Shown: in pieces, positions 18,480 to 30,741 of the stretch
How the letters are laid out: each line of letters opens with the position of its first letter
Position numbering within the stretch: position 1 is the stretch's first letter
Assembly (NCBI GenBank): GCA_020635235.1
Contig: JACKAF010000001.1
Location: 92,743-156,742, forward strand
DNA from: Pseudobdellovibrionaceae bacterium
GTDB taxonomy: Bacteria > Bdellovibrionota > FAC87 > UBA2466 > JACKAF01
Length of the DNA: 64,000 bases
Direction of reading: 5' to 3'
Notes under the pieces: generated by a model
The model's database searches: none
What the model was told of the DNA's origin: nothing
The model's input: the letters and a program-made list of their open reading frames with translations, nothing else
Position numbers and translations under genes: made by a program

Positions 18480-21071
18480 TTGAGTAAGATTTATCAGTGG
18501 ATAGATAGCGCCTGGCAATGGGTTGCGGAGCGGGTCTTTGTGCGTTTCGATTTCGACTTGCCGTCGACGAACCTGAAGCACATGGCGGAGAATGGTCGAC
18601 TCACGTTTTGCCTCACCCATGGTGGAATCGTCGAGTGGCTGATTCTTTCCAGTTGGAGCCGGCAGAATAACCTCGGTGCGGTACTCATTGCGAATCGCAA
18701 ACGCATCCTCTTGTTCTCAAAACCGCTGTACTTTTTGCAGATCCTTTTTCGCCACAAGAAGTACGAAGATCTGTTTCTATCTTCGGAAATGGGGCCCCGT
18801 TTGCTTTTTTGCCCCTCCCGTGAACCCAAAAGGCCGTTTGATCCGACGCCCTCGGAAAGTGTTCTAGCAGGCATTTACAAACAACTAGCCCCCACAGGCA
18901 CCTTGCAAAGTTTCCATTTGGTTCCTGTACTCATCCTTTGGAGAAAGTATGTGCGAGGGGCCAAGCGACGCCCCTTTGAGTATTTGCTAGGCCTCAGTTC
19001 TCGCCCCAACATACTGGGCAAAATGTATTACTTGTTAAGACAGCGAAGAGATTCCACTGTCCGCGCACTGGACCCGCTAGACATGCATTCCCCTGCCACA
19101 GACACAATGGAAATGCTTGAGGCCTCCGAAGCGGTGCGAGTGGCCAAGGCAACACGCCGAAAAATTCTCGTCCTCACCCAACAAGAAATGCGGATAATTC
19201 TTGGACCACGTTACGATTCCCCCCATCTCGTCAAAGAATCGATTTTGCGAGACGCGGAGATAACCGCCACTATTGCCCGGCTGTCCAAAGCAGAAGGCGT
19301 AGACCCTAAAAAAATAATGCAGCGAGCGTACCAGAACCTGACGGAAATTGTAGCGAACTACAAAGTCCGTACAGTGGAGGTTTTGTACGTTTTCTTGCGG
19401 TGGATGTTCACAAAGGTTTTTGACGGCGTCGAATACTCTTCCGAGCAGATCGAAGAGGTACGGGAAATCATGAGGAAGCGCTCCGTAGTGTTTATCCCAT
19501 GTCACAGAAGCCACTTCGACTATCTCGTCATGCCTTACGTTCTCTTTGAAAATGACATCGTAACACCCCACATCGCTGCGGGCGTGAATCTGTCTTTTTG
19601 GCCGGTGGGATCGGTACTTCGTTCTGCGGGGGCTTTTTTCATTCGCAGGTCCTTCAGAGGAGATGAACTCTACGCGCTTTGCCTCAAGAAATACGTTGAG
19701 TACATTTTGAAGAACCGCACTCCATTTAAGTTTTTTATCGAGGGGACGCGGAGCCGATCTGGAAAAATGCTTCCCCCTGCATACGGAATTCTCAAAACTG
19801 TGCTCGAACGCTTCCAGAATCATATTGTGGAAGACATTGCTCTCATCCCCGTTTCCATCACCTACGACGAGGTTCCGGAGGAAGGCACTTACTCCCAGGA
19901 ACTGGGCGGTAAAAAAAAGACGGAAGAGTCTACAGCAGCCCTCTTAAAGTCTCGGCGTGTGATAAAGCGAAAAATGGGACGCGTCTATCTCAGGTTTGCC
20001 CACTTCCTTTCCGTTAAGGAAATCGAGGAACTCTCTCGCGAGAAAGCTGAAACGTCCACTCTCATGCTTCAAAAGACGGCGTTTCGGGTCTCCAAATCGA
20101 TTTGCGACGTCACTCCCATCACTCCGAAAGCTATTGTCTCAACCATTTTACTTAACCACCAGATCTCGACCCTTTCTCTCGAAGAAATCCTGAGACTGGC
20201 GTCCATGGTAGCTAACTACTTGCGGTGGGCCAAAACCCCGATGACAGTCGGAAGAGATTCGGAGATCAAACGAGCTATCGAGCAAATTGTGCGAACGCAA
20301 AGGCGCCGAGGCGTTATTGGAAGTGCGGAAGACACTGTCCCCCGACTCTATTTTTGCGAAGAATCTAAACGCACTCTGCTCAACTACTACAAGAACAACG
20401 CTATACATGCACTCGTACTTCCGGGCATCACCCTGCTCGCCGCAATGAAAATGGCGTCCCGCCATGGCGAATACCAGCAGGAACAGCTCCTCAATTACGC
20501 CACTGAGCTAAGAAATCTGCTTAAATTTGATTTCTTTTTTAACCCGACTTCAGAATTTCGTGAGGAAATCACTCACCTACTCGAGTACTTTCTTCCAGAA
20601 ACCGCGCGCAACGGAACTCGCTTTTCCGCACTCTCATCGACGTTTGAAAAACTTCAGGACATGACCGTCTACACGTCGGGCCCGGGTTACCTCTTGGAGA
20701 GCTACTTGATTGCCCTTGATGCTACTAAGGAGATTGGATCAGGTACCTTCGAGAAAAAGGCGCTGATCCAGACAATAACCCGTTTCGCCGTCTCGTTGAG
20801 AGAAGGTCGCCAGCTCCGATTTGCGGAATCGATTTCCATCCAGAACTTCTCTACCGCGATTCAGATGCTCGAGAATCACGGGCTCATCACCGAGGAAAAA
20901 GCAGACGCTAGAATCAAGTTTCGCATCAATCCTTACGATGAGGCGGTTGCCTCTCTAAGACAAACTCTGTTTGGCTACTTGGAGCTCATAGACGCTCAAC
21001 CTCAGCGAGTTTTTGATTCTATCTCTATAAAGCATTCAAGCGGACAGGAAGGGCAAGAGGTCTCGCCTTAA
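18480..21071 (+). CDS. plsB: Glycerol-3-phosphate acyltransferase, PlsB-like
   Basis: PCHRSHFDY, GAFFIRR, FIEGTRSRSGK, IPVSITYD motifs; start uncertain (TTG 18480 chosen; the ORF-track start overlaps the terminator). Confidence 0.8.
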   Translation: MSKIYQWIDSAWQWVAERVFVRFDFDLPSTNLKHMAENGRLTFCLTHGGIVEWLILSSWSRQNNLGAVLIANRKRILLFSKPLYFLQILFRHKKYEDLFLSSEMGPRLLFCPSREPKRPFDPTPSESVLAGIYKQLAPTGTLQSFHLVPVLILWRKYVRGAKRRPFEYLLGLSSRPNILGKMYYLLRQRRDSTVRALDPLDMHSPATDTMEMLEASEAVRVAKATRRKILVLTQQEMRIILGPRYDSPHLVKESILRDAEITATIARLSKAEGVDPKKIMQRAYQNLTEIVANYKVRTVEVLYVFLRWMFTKVFDGVEYSSEQIEEVREIMRKRSVVFIPCHRSHFDYLVMPYVLFENDIVTPHIAAGVNLSFWPVGSVLRSAGAFFIRRSFRGDELYALCLKKYVEYILKNRTPFKFFIEGTRSRSGKMLPPAYGILKTVLERFQNHIVEDIALIPVSITYDEVPEEGTYSQELGGKKKTEESTAALLKSRRVIKRKMGRVYLRFAHFLSVKEIEELSREKAETSTLMLQKTAFRVSKSICDVTPITPKAIVSTILLNHQISTLSLEEILRLASMVANYLRWAKTPMTVGRDSEIKRAIEQIVRTQRRRGVIGSAEDTVPRLYFCEESKRTLLNYYKNNAIHALVLPGITLLAAMKMASRHGEYQQEQLLNYATELRNLLKFDFFFNPTSEFREEITHLLEYFLPETARNGTRFSALSSTFEKLQDMTVYTSGPGYLLESYLIALDATKEIGSGTFEKKALIQTITRFAVSLREGRQLRFAESISIQNFSTAIQMLENHGLITEEKADARIKFRINPYDEAVASLRQTLFGYLELIDAQPQRVFDSISIKHSSGQEGQEVSP

Positions 21072-22174
21072 GCGGCAGATTTTTTTCCACGCAATAGAAT
21101 ATCGCGGCTGAAAGGAAGATGATTTACTTCGATTTCGCGCATAAAACTCGGAAGATTCCCGGTGGGCTCGATCGAACCTAGGACCGTTCCGTCCTCTTTT
21201 CGACCACTTTGAGTGAACAGGAAGATCGGGTTTACAGTGTAATTCCCGTTCAAATCCATCCCTGTACATTCGGTAATATGAGTGGTTTTTCGCGAACCGT
21301 CTGAAAGGCGGGACAGCTGAATAACGATGTTGATAGCGCTGGCAACCTGCGCCCGGATGGCACTTACTGGTACTTCCACATCATTCATCAAGGCCAAGGT
21401 CTCTAGTCGAGTTAGACATTCTTTGGGACTATTCGAGTGAACCGTTCCCATCGAGCCGGAGTGACCCGTGTTCATAGAATTCAGTAGATCGAGGGCCTCA
21501 CCACCGCGCACCTCGCCGACTACCACTCGGTCCGGGCGCAAGCGCAGAGAAGATTTCACTAGGTCACGCAATGTTACGAGACCTTTTCCGTACTCGTCGG
21601 CAGGGCGTGCCTCAAAGTAAACCACGTGATCGTTATCAATCTTCAATTCTGACGAGTCTTCCAAAATAACCATGCGTTCTCCGGCGGGAACACGTCCCCC
21701 GAGAATATTCAAAATGGTTGTTTTACCGCAACCAGTACCGCCTGAAATCATGATGTTCTTCTTGAGGTAGATGCAAACGTCGATGAACCGGGCAGCAGCT
21801 GGAGTGATGGATTGTCTCGAAATCAGATCTTTGAGCGTCAATTTCTCTTTTGAGAATTTACGAATACAAACGGTCGTCCCGTTTTTCGCGATCGGAGGAA
21901 CCACGGCGTGGATACGAGATCCATCCGGGAGACGAGCGTCTAGGAAGGCGCGCTCTGCATCGATAGGACGTCCCACAAATTGAGAAATATTCCGCACGGC
22001 TGCCATAAGCGCATTTGCGTCTTCAAATTGTGCATCTGTTTTTTCGATCTTGCCCCGACGCTCTACGTAGATGGTCTGGTGACCATTGATCATGATTTCC
22101 GTGACGGAATCATCCTGGATGTATTTCCAAACAGGTTTTAAGAATACCTGTACTGAGGAGTCAAAAACTGACAT
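21068..22174 (-). CDS. cpaF: CpaF/TadA-family pilus/secretion ATPase
   Basis: GGTGCGKTT Walker A, EDSSEL, LRLRPDR.VVGEVRG, GHSGSMGTVH. Confidence 0.9.
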   Translation of the reverse strand: MSVFDSSVQVFLKPVWKYIQDDSVTEIMINGHQTIYVERRGKIEKTDAQFEDANALMAAVRNISQFVGRPIDAERAFLDARLPDGSRIHAVVPPIAKNGTTVCIRKFSKEKLTLKDLISRQSITPAAARFIDVCIYLKKNIMISGGTGCGKTTILNILGGRVPAGERMVILEDSSELKIDNDHVVYFEARPADEYGKGLVTLRDLVKSSLRLRPDRVVVGEVRGGEALDLLNSMNTGHSGSMGTVHSNSPKECLTRLETLALMNDVEVPVSAIRAQVASAINIVIQLSRLSDGSRKTTHITECTGMDLNGNYTVNPIFLFTQSGRKEDGTVLGSIEPTGNLPSFMREIEVNHLPFSRDILLRGKKSAA

Positions 22175-22191
22175 GGAGGACCTTTTGCCGC

Positions 22192-22953
22192 TTACTCGAC
22201 TACTATTTCTCCGCGCGCTCCGGAAAGAGCGTCGTAGAAAGAATAGCTTCCTTTTTTAGGAACAATTGTAACTTCTGTAACACGATCAAACCCGACTTCT
22301 CGTGTAATCTCCCACGGAGCGCGCTCGACGTCGTTTTGTGGAACGGGGGCGCCATCTTTGGCAATCCACCGCTGAATATTGAGGCGTTCGATAATGAGGG
22401 CCGCGGGCTTTTTGTTCGTTGTGGTGAAATAGAGCTTCGCCTGTTTGTCTGGTGCGAGCCGAATCGTCGCCGGGAAGAAATTCTGCTGTGAAAGAATAAT
22501 CGAAACCTCACTCGCGGGAGGCGCTTCGTTAGCGGCCTGTCCCTCGGATTTGGTATCCAAATCCCATTCTACTGGACCGAGATCCAGAGGTGTTTTGTCT
22601 ACCTCTTCCGGCAGCTTCTCGCCTAGCAGACCGCTCGTTTTTTGTTTCACGACGCCTGGCGCAGGGGGAACCGGGCCGGGCTCGCTGCTGAGTGTGCGCT
22701 GTTTTTGCTCGTCAAAACTCCAGGTTTTAATCTTCTCAGGTTCTTTTTCTTCAAACGGATTTCCGGCTGCAGGTTTTGCGGCCGCTTCCTTTCGAGGAGT
22801 CGGGTTATCCGAGAGGAGATCTTCAAACTCATTTGAAATAGCCAGATTGGGAGCGGGAGCAGGCGCGCCGGCAGGTGCCGGTGGGAGCTCCGCGAAGGCC
22901 CAATTTGACCAGAACAGCCAACCCAAACTTAGGATGTAGATTGCACATTTCAT
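22192..22953 (-). CDS. Secreted protein with Pro-rich linker and C-terminal cupredoxin-like domain lacking Cu ligands
   Basis: Signal peptide; NFFPATIRL...GSYSFYDALSGARGEIVVE pattern. Confidence 0.55.
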   Translation of the reverse strand: MKCAIYILSLGWLFWSNWAFAELPPAPAGAPAPAPNLAISNEFEDLLSDNPTPRKEAAAKPAAGNPFEEKEPEKIKTWSFDEQKQRTLSSEPGPVPPAPGVVKQKTSGLLGEKLPEEVDKTPLDLGPVEWDLDTKSEGQAANEAPPASEVSIILSQQNFFPATIRLAPDKQAKLYFTTTNKKPAALIIERLNIQRWIAKDGAPVPQNDVERAPWEITREVGFDRVTEVTIVPKKGSYSFYDALSGARGEIVVE

Positions 22954-22962
22954 CTAAACCCC

Positions 22963-22987
22963 TTATCGGCAATGTGATGAGAATTTA
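22963..22987 (-). promoter_or_regulatory. Possible sigma28 (FliA)-like promoter TAAA-N13-GCCGATAA
   Basis: Perfect -10 octamer 9 nt before ATG, but spacer is 2 nt shorter than the N15 consensus. Confidence 0.3.
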
Positions 22988-23214
22988 GAAAGCACGCCGC
23001 ATCAATTCTAAGGCGGGAACAGCGTCCGACCCGTTGGCAGTGTATAAAACAAGAATACGCACGTAACCACCTGAAAATACTTTACTTATAGGAAATACTT
23101 CCCTGGGGTGGCCAAAGCTTCGCCACTTGGCGGCCTGGTAGTCGATCGTTGCGTGACTGGACAAGGTCCCCTAATCGCTGGTGAATCCAGAATGTTTACA
23201 CCCCGCACCAAACT

Positions 23215-23230
23215 TGGCTCCGCGCTTGCA
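23215..23230 (+). promoter_or_regulatory. sigma54-like promoter TGGCTCCGCGCTTGCA
   Basis: GG-N10-GC with TTGCA; ~50 nt upstream of small ORF 23279. Confidence 0.55.
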
Positions 23231-23278
23231 ATTACCTATCAACAGAACTGGTTTTGAAAACTTTAAAGCGTAGGATGG

Positions 23279-23470
23279 ATGGACCCGCGACTTTGGAATT
23301 TGTTTGTTGTCTTTCTTTTGGTGCTCACCTTGAACTTAGCACGCGAAGGATTTGACGTCGACAAACGGAAGAGAGTAGCGGAAGAACTCCAGCATGCCTC
23401 CGAGAAAACGCACACGGTCGAGATAGTGAGGCCCGAGAAGGACCTCAAAGTGTCGAGGAAGAGTTTATAG
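23279..23470 (+). CDS. 63-aa hypothetical protein with N-terminal hydrophobic helix
   Basis: Bracketed by a sigma54-like promoter and a terminator; TM/signal segment followed by a charged tail. Confidence 0.6.
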   Translation: MDPRLWNLFVVFLLVLTLNLAREGFDVDKRKRVAEELQHASEKTHTVEIVRPEKDLKVSRKSL

Positions 23471-23499
23471 ATCTTGATGCGCGGGACGGAAGGCACCTA

Positions 23500-23547
23500 G
23501 AAGGTGGGGGCCAGGCAATCGTGCCTGGACCCCGCCTTCTTCTTTTT
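23500..23547 (+). terminator. Intrinsic terminator, long stem
   Basis: GAAGGTGGGG G CCAGGCA atcg TGCCTGG A CCCCGCCTTC then TTCTTTTT. Confidence 0.75.
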
Positions 23548-23646
23548 GAAGGTCCCTCTGTCTAAAACTTAGTTGCATTTTTCAGCAGGCCGGCTCAGGC
23601 GCCATACTAAACACCTAAAATTAAAAGGTTAATTCGAGGGCTCAAG

Positions 23647-23662
23647 TGGCAAGGCTTATGCA
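23647..23662 (+). promoter_or_regulatory. sigma54-like promoter TGGCAAGGCTTATGCA
   Basis: GG-N10-GC, TGGCA; AT-rich upstream; ATG 23681 follows closely. Confidence 0.5.
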
Positions 23663-23680
23663 CTTCTTTAAGCTAAGGGT

Positions 23681-24499
23681 ATGGGGAAATTCAAAGCAAT
23701 CATAGTTCTAGTACTGGCCTCCGTGGCATCGTCCGCGGGCGCCCAAGGCCTTGATGGGCTGCTCGGCAAACAAACCGACCAGCGCAGAGGCGCCTTCAAC
23801 GACTCTCTGGCCGCATTTAATAACTCCACGAACCCCAATAGCCTGAACAACATCTACCAATCTCCTCAGCAGGCGTTTATCTCAAACCTGATGCAAAGCA
23901 CGCAGGCCAAACTGCCCGAGCGGCGGGATCCAAGCGAGATCACAAAGCAGTTTGAAGAAGGGCGCAAGAGCGCAGAAGAGTCCTTTAAAAGTTTGCAGGA
24001 ACAAATTCAAAGCAGTGAGAACGCCAAACTCGATCAGCTGAGCAAACTGTTGGGAGTTGACGATCAAGCTTCTAAAGAGGACAACAAGTTTCTAGAAGAA
24101 CTCACTTCACTGGTCGATGCGGGCCGAGGAATTGGGGCCGGCACGAGTGCTTCCGCGCAACCGATTTTGCAATTGGTGTCTGCGAATACACAGTCTCAGA
24201 TTCAAGCGCTTTTGGTCCAGGCCCAGGTTCAAGTCCAACTACAAAACAACGCTCCGCAAACAGTCGTTACCTCCACTGGAGACGATTTCATTCTCGGTAT
24301 TGAACAGGTCGGCGCTTCAATGGCAGCACGCGGGATAAGTGGTAGTCCTTTTGCTGCTACGGCCGCGCTTCGCGAGGCTCGCGACGTCGCAGGGAAAACT
24401 GATGCTTTCACACCAGACACCGTAGACGCTTTCAACCGCACTCCAAGCGATCCGCACTTCGGGCACAATCACGGCTCGGGTGACGGACACTCGCACTAG
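23681..24499 (+). CDS. Hypothetical secreted Gln/Asn-rich helical protein with His-rich C-terminal tail
   Basis: Signal peptide ...SSAGAQ; ends HFGHNHGSGDGHSH. Confidence 0.7.
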   Translation: MGKFKAIIVLVLASVASSAGAQGLDGLLGKQTDQRRGAFNDSLAAFNNSTNPNSLNNIYQSPQQAFISNLMQSTQAKLPERRDPSEITKQFEEGRKSAEESFKSLQEQIQSSENAKLDQLSKLLGVDDQASKEDNKFLEELTSLVDAGRGIGAGTSASAQPILQLVSANTQSQIQALLVQAQVQVQLQNNAPQTVVTSTGDDFILGIEQVGASMAARGISGSPFAATAALREARDVAGKTDAFTPDTVDAFNRTPSDPHFGHNHGSGDGHSH

Positions 24500-25890
24500 T
24501 TGAACAGTGCATTAAATTGATTGAGGTTCGCGCCAGGCAACGTAGGGCGCACCATTACCGAGTCAAGCGTTTCGCCGTGTATCCACTTTTCCAGACTGTC
24601 GAGCGCCCGCTCAGCATAAGCCGCGTTGCGGGCCTGTTTGTCGCGCCTCAAAGCTTTTGGCAAATCTTCAAGAGGCGGCAAAACGCCTATGTTGGAATTC
24701 ATCGGTTGGAAGTTCTTTTTTTCAGGATCAGTAATGGCAGCAAGTAGTCCGCCGAGCATCGTCTCAGGCGGCAGCGTAAGAAGTTCTTTACCTTCAAGAT
24801 AGCGGACGCAATTCAAACCCGCCAGCAACCCTGTCGCCGACGACTCCAAATAGCCCTCTGTCCCGGTCAGTTGCCCAGCTACAAATACCCGCGGATCTTT
24901 TCTTAACTGCAAACTTGGATTTAACAAGCGAGGGGAATCGATAAAGGTATTACGATGAAGACTTCCCAACCTTAGAAATTCAGCTTCCGCAAATCCCGGT
25001 AACTTTCTGAAAACTCTAAGCTGCTCACCATATTTCAACTTGGTCTGAAAACCGACTAAGTTGTAGGAGGTGCCATATTTGTTTTCCTTGCGAAGCTGAA
25101 TGACTGCGTACGCCCGCTTCCCCGTCCCAGGTACTTCCAGACCAACTGGCTTGAGCGGTCCAAATGCTAGAGTCTTCGGACCTCTGGAGGCCAACACCTC
25201 GATGGGCATGCAAGACTCAAAATACTTTTCCTTTTCAAAAGAATGGGGGCTAAGGACTTCACCATGGGTGAGATCATAGATGAGCTCGTCATACTGGTCT
25301 TTGGTCAAAGGGACATTCAAGAAGTCTGGGCTCCCCTTTCCATACCGACTTCCAAAAAACATCTGATCAGTATCTAGACTATCAAAAAGCACGATCGGCG
25401 AAATCGCATCATAGAAGTACAAAGACTCCTGACCAGCCAAGGCGCAAAAACTCGATGCCAAATCTGGCGAGGTTAGGGGCCCGGTAGCCAAAATTACGAC
25501 CCCGGATGCAGGGACTTCTCGCAGTTCCTCCCGGTGAACACAAACATTGGGAAGATCCTGGAGCGTAGAAGTAATCTTTTCAGAGAACTTAACGCGATCT
25601 ACCGCAAGAGACGCTCCGGCGGGGACCGCAAATTCTCGAGCAACGCCAAGCACAAAGCCACCCAGCTTATCCAGCTCCTTCTTGAGCAGATTGGAGGCCG
25701 AGTGCTCACCCAAAGAGCCGAAGCTGTTACTGCACACAAGCTCCGCAAAGCCCGGCGTCACATGGGCCTCCGTCATCCGCGTGGGCCGCATTTCATACAA
25801 GTCGACACGCACGCCCCGCGACGCGATCTGCCATGTAGCTTCCGCGCCCGCCAGGCCGGCTCCTATGACTGTGACTCCAGAATGACGCAT
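24496..25890 (-). CDS. trmFO: tRNA m5U54 methyltransferase (folate/FAD-dependent)
   Basis: GAGLAGAEA, AELVCSNS, YFYDAISP, HRNTFI, GQLTGTEGY, FQPMN; AAGGAG RBS. Confidence 0.95.
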   Translation of the reverse strand: MRHSGVTVIGAGLAGAEATWQIASRGVRVDLYEMRPTRMTEAHVTPGFAELVCSNSFGSLGEHSASNLLKKELDKLGGFVLGVAREFAVPAGASLAVDRVKFSEKITSTLQDLPNVCVHREELREVPASGVVILATGPLTSPDLASSFCALAGQESLYFYDAISPIVLFDSLDTDQMFFGSRYGKGSPDFLNVPLTKDQYDELIYDLTHGEVLSPHSFEKEKYFESCMPIEVLASRGPKTLAFGPLKPVGLEVPGTGKRAYAVIQLRKENKYGTSYNLVGFQTKLKYGEQLRVFRKLPGFAEAEFLRLGSLHRNTFIDSPRLLNPSLQLRKDPRVFVAGQLTGTEGYLESSATGLLAGLNCVRYLEGKELLTLPPETMLGGLLAAITDPEKKNFQPMNSNIGVLPPLEDLPKALRRDKQARNAAYAERALDSLEKWIHGETLDSVMVRPTLPGANLNQFNALFN

Positions 25891-25970
25891 CCAGTCTCCT
25901 TGACCGTAATCAGGGGTTCTCTTACACTATCGTTTGGGCCATCAACAACAGCAAATATTGGAAAAACAAG

Positions 25971-26711
25971 ATGAATGAAGTGCCTGCAGCACAGGAAACC
26001 ATAGTCTCCATGGGGGCCATGGACCTGATCGCTAACGCCAGCTTTTTGGTTCAGCTAGTCCTGCTCCTTCTAGTGATCTTCTCGGTCATTACCTGGGCTA
26101 TCATTTTCTTCAAGTGGGGAACGTTCAAGCTTTCCTATAAGAATACTGAAGACTTCCTTGATTTCTTCTGGAGTGGGAAGAGCATGGACCACATCTACAC
26201 GGAGGCGAAGAAACACCCGAGCAGTCCCGTAGCCCGCGTGTTTCAAGCTGGGTACGTAGAGCTCCAAAGACTCATGGAAAAGGAGCGCCAACGAAAAGGC
26301 AAAGCTTCGACGTCGGATCCTGCCAGGATGGTGCCGCCAGAGTCCTCTATTACGAACCTAGAGCGCTCACTTAGTAAGGCCGGGCGTAACGAGGTCATGC
26401 GTCTGGAACGCTCCCTTCCCTTCTTAGCGACCACAGGAAGTACCGCGCCGTTCATCGGGCTCTTTGGAACAGTATGGGGAATCATGAACGCCTTCCAAAA
26501 CATTGGCGCGCAAGGGGGAGCCAGTCTCGCGGTAGTCGCGCCCGGGATCGCGGAAGCCTTGATCGCCACCGCAATCGGATTGGCCGCCGCCATTCCGGCA
26601 GTGATGGGCTACAACTACTATATTCAAAAAGTACGTTACATTAAGGCCCAGGTGGACAGTTTTTCCGAAGATTTTCTAAATATCGTTAAACGCAATTTTC
26701 TAGCGAGCTAA
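25971..26711 (+). CDS. tolQ: TolQ (MotA/TolQ/ExbB family)
   Basis: LATTGSTAPFIGLFGTVWGIMNAF, VAPGIAEALIATAIGL. Confidence 0.92.
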   Translation: MNEVPAAQETIVSMGAMDLIANASFLVQLVLLLLVIFSVITWAIIFFKWGTFKLSYKNTEDFLDFFWSGKSMDHIYTEAKKHPSSPVARVFQAGYVELQRLMEKERQRKGKASTSDPARMVPPESSITNLERSLSKAGRNEVMRLERSLPFLATTGSTAPFIGLFGTVWGIMNAFQNIGAQGGASLAVVAPGIAEALIATAIGLAAAIPAVMGYNYYIQKVRYIKAQVDSFSEDFLNIVKRNFLAS

Positions 26712-26713
26712 GT

Positions 26714-27139
26714 ATGGGCGCCTCCATCAAGAACTCCGACGACTACGGCCCTGTAGCGGAGATAAACATCACACCCTTTGTCGATGTAATGCTCGTGTTA
26801 CTCGTCATTTTCATGGTTGCTGCTCCACTCATGGAGAATGGCATCCCTATTCAATTACCAAGGGCCACGGCAAAGGCCCTGAAACATGCGCAAGAACCGG
26901 TGGTCTTACACATCACGCGCGAGCGAGTTTTCTATCTAAATAAGTCAAAGATTTCCGCTGCAGAGCTAATCAAGTCCCTGCAGGGCTACTATAAAAATAG
27001 GCCTTCAAAGGAGATCTTTGTACGGGCCGACGGCAAACTTCCCTACGAATTCGTAGCGCAAACTATGGCGGCGATCAAACTTGCCGGGATCGACAAAATA
27101 GGGCTCGTCACTCTGCCTCCGGACAAAAAAGGGGAATAG
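26714..27139 (+). CDS. tolR: TolR (ExbD/TolR family)
   Basis: EINITPFVDVMLVLLVIFMV. Confidence 0.92.
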   Translation: MGASIKNSDDYGPVAEINITPFVDVMLVLLVIFMVAAPLMENGIPIQLPRATAKALKHAQEPVVLHITRERVFYLNKSKISAAELIKSLQGYYKNRPSKEIFVRADGKLPYEFVAQTMAAIKLAGIDKIGLVTLPPDKKGE

Positions 27140-27146
27140 TCCCTGC

Positions 27147-28017
27147 ATGGCCACGCACACGCTTGATAACAATTTCCTCAATATCACGCCGCGCGCTCTG
27201 CTGATCTCAGTCCTCTTCCATTTGTTGTTACCGGTTTTGTTTGTCACCTCCAGTAAATTTGAGTTCTCCAGATTTAAGACACTCAAAAAGAAAACAGCGG
27301 AAGAGATCTACCAGAGCTACGTGCAGGTGGACGTGGTCGCCCTACCGGAGAAGGTGGGCATGTTGGATGAGTTTGTCGATCCGAGCCTACCTGTAGTCGA
27401 CAAGTCGAAGGCACCGTCTGTTCCGGAGCCCCCGTCCCAAGCTGAGGAGGCCGCGCCTCCAAAAGACACTATGACCCTTCCCGATCTCGAAGCGAAAAAG
27501 GCTGAGGAAGCAAAAAAGGCCGAGGAAGCCAAGAAGGCTGAAGAGGCACGCAAGGAAGCGGAAGCAAAAAAGAAGGAACTCGCCAAAAAGGAAGCCGAAC
27601 GCAAGAAAAGGGAAGCCGACGCAAAAAAGGCCATGGAGGAGCTCAAAGCTAGAATGGAGCGCGAACGCGCCATTAAGGATCTCGCCGGCGGCAAGGAAGG
27701 GCGAGAAGCCATCAAAGGGAATATCCCGTCCAAAGGCACTTCGACGCGAGGCAAAACGGGAGATCTCGCCGCCCAGGAACGTTACATCGCTATTATAAAA
27801 TCTGCGATAAAGTCGAATTTTAATGTTTTTGAATGGTTAAAAAGTAAGACGCTAAAAGCCGATGTTCGAATTGAGATATCCAGCACAGGTGCGATAGTCT
27901 CTAGAGAATTGGTAAAATCCTCAGGAAATGCCCGATATGATTCAGCTGTTCTTCAATCAATTGACGACACCAAACAACTTCCCCCGCCCCCGGAAGGGAC
28001 GCCCATCGCCGAAGAAG

Positions 28018-28046
<29 letters not shown>
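27147..28046 (+). CDS. tolA: TolA
   Basis: TM anchor, EEAKKA helical repeats, TonB_C-like C-terminus, operon position. Confidence 0.85.
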
Positions 28047-30530
<2,484 letters not shown>

Positions 30531-30741
30531 CTAACCCTCTGAATTTAATTGCCTTTGAAAACGGGTACTTTGTGGAAAATATAATCTCTCTTGATAGAAG
30601 AGTCACCACCGTTTCCTGTTTTTTCATAATGATTATTTACTAATTAATGCATCGCATCAAGCCGATATTTGCTGAATTTCCTCTACAACTCAACCGATGA
30701 CGGAAACACGGGGACCCGTGCAACCGGTTCTTCGAACGATT

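Noticed and set aside
27500-27640. Imperfect 18-bp repeats encoding EEAKKA
   Set aside because: Normal TolA helical domain II.
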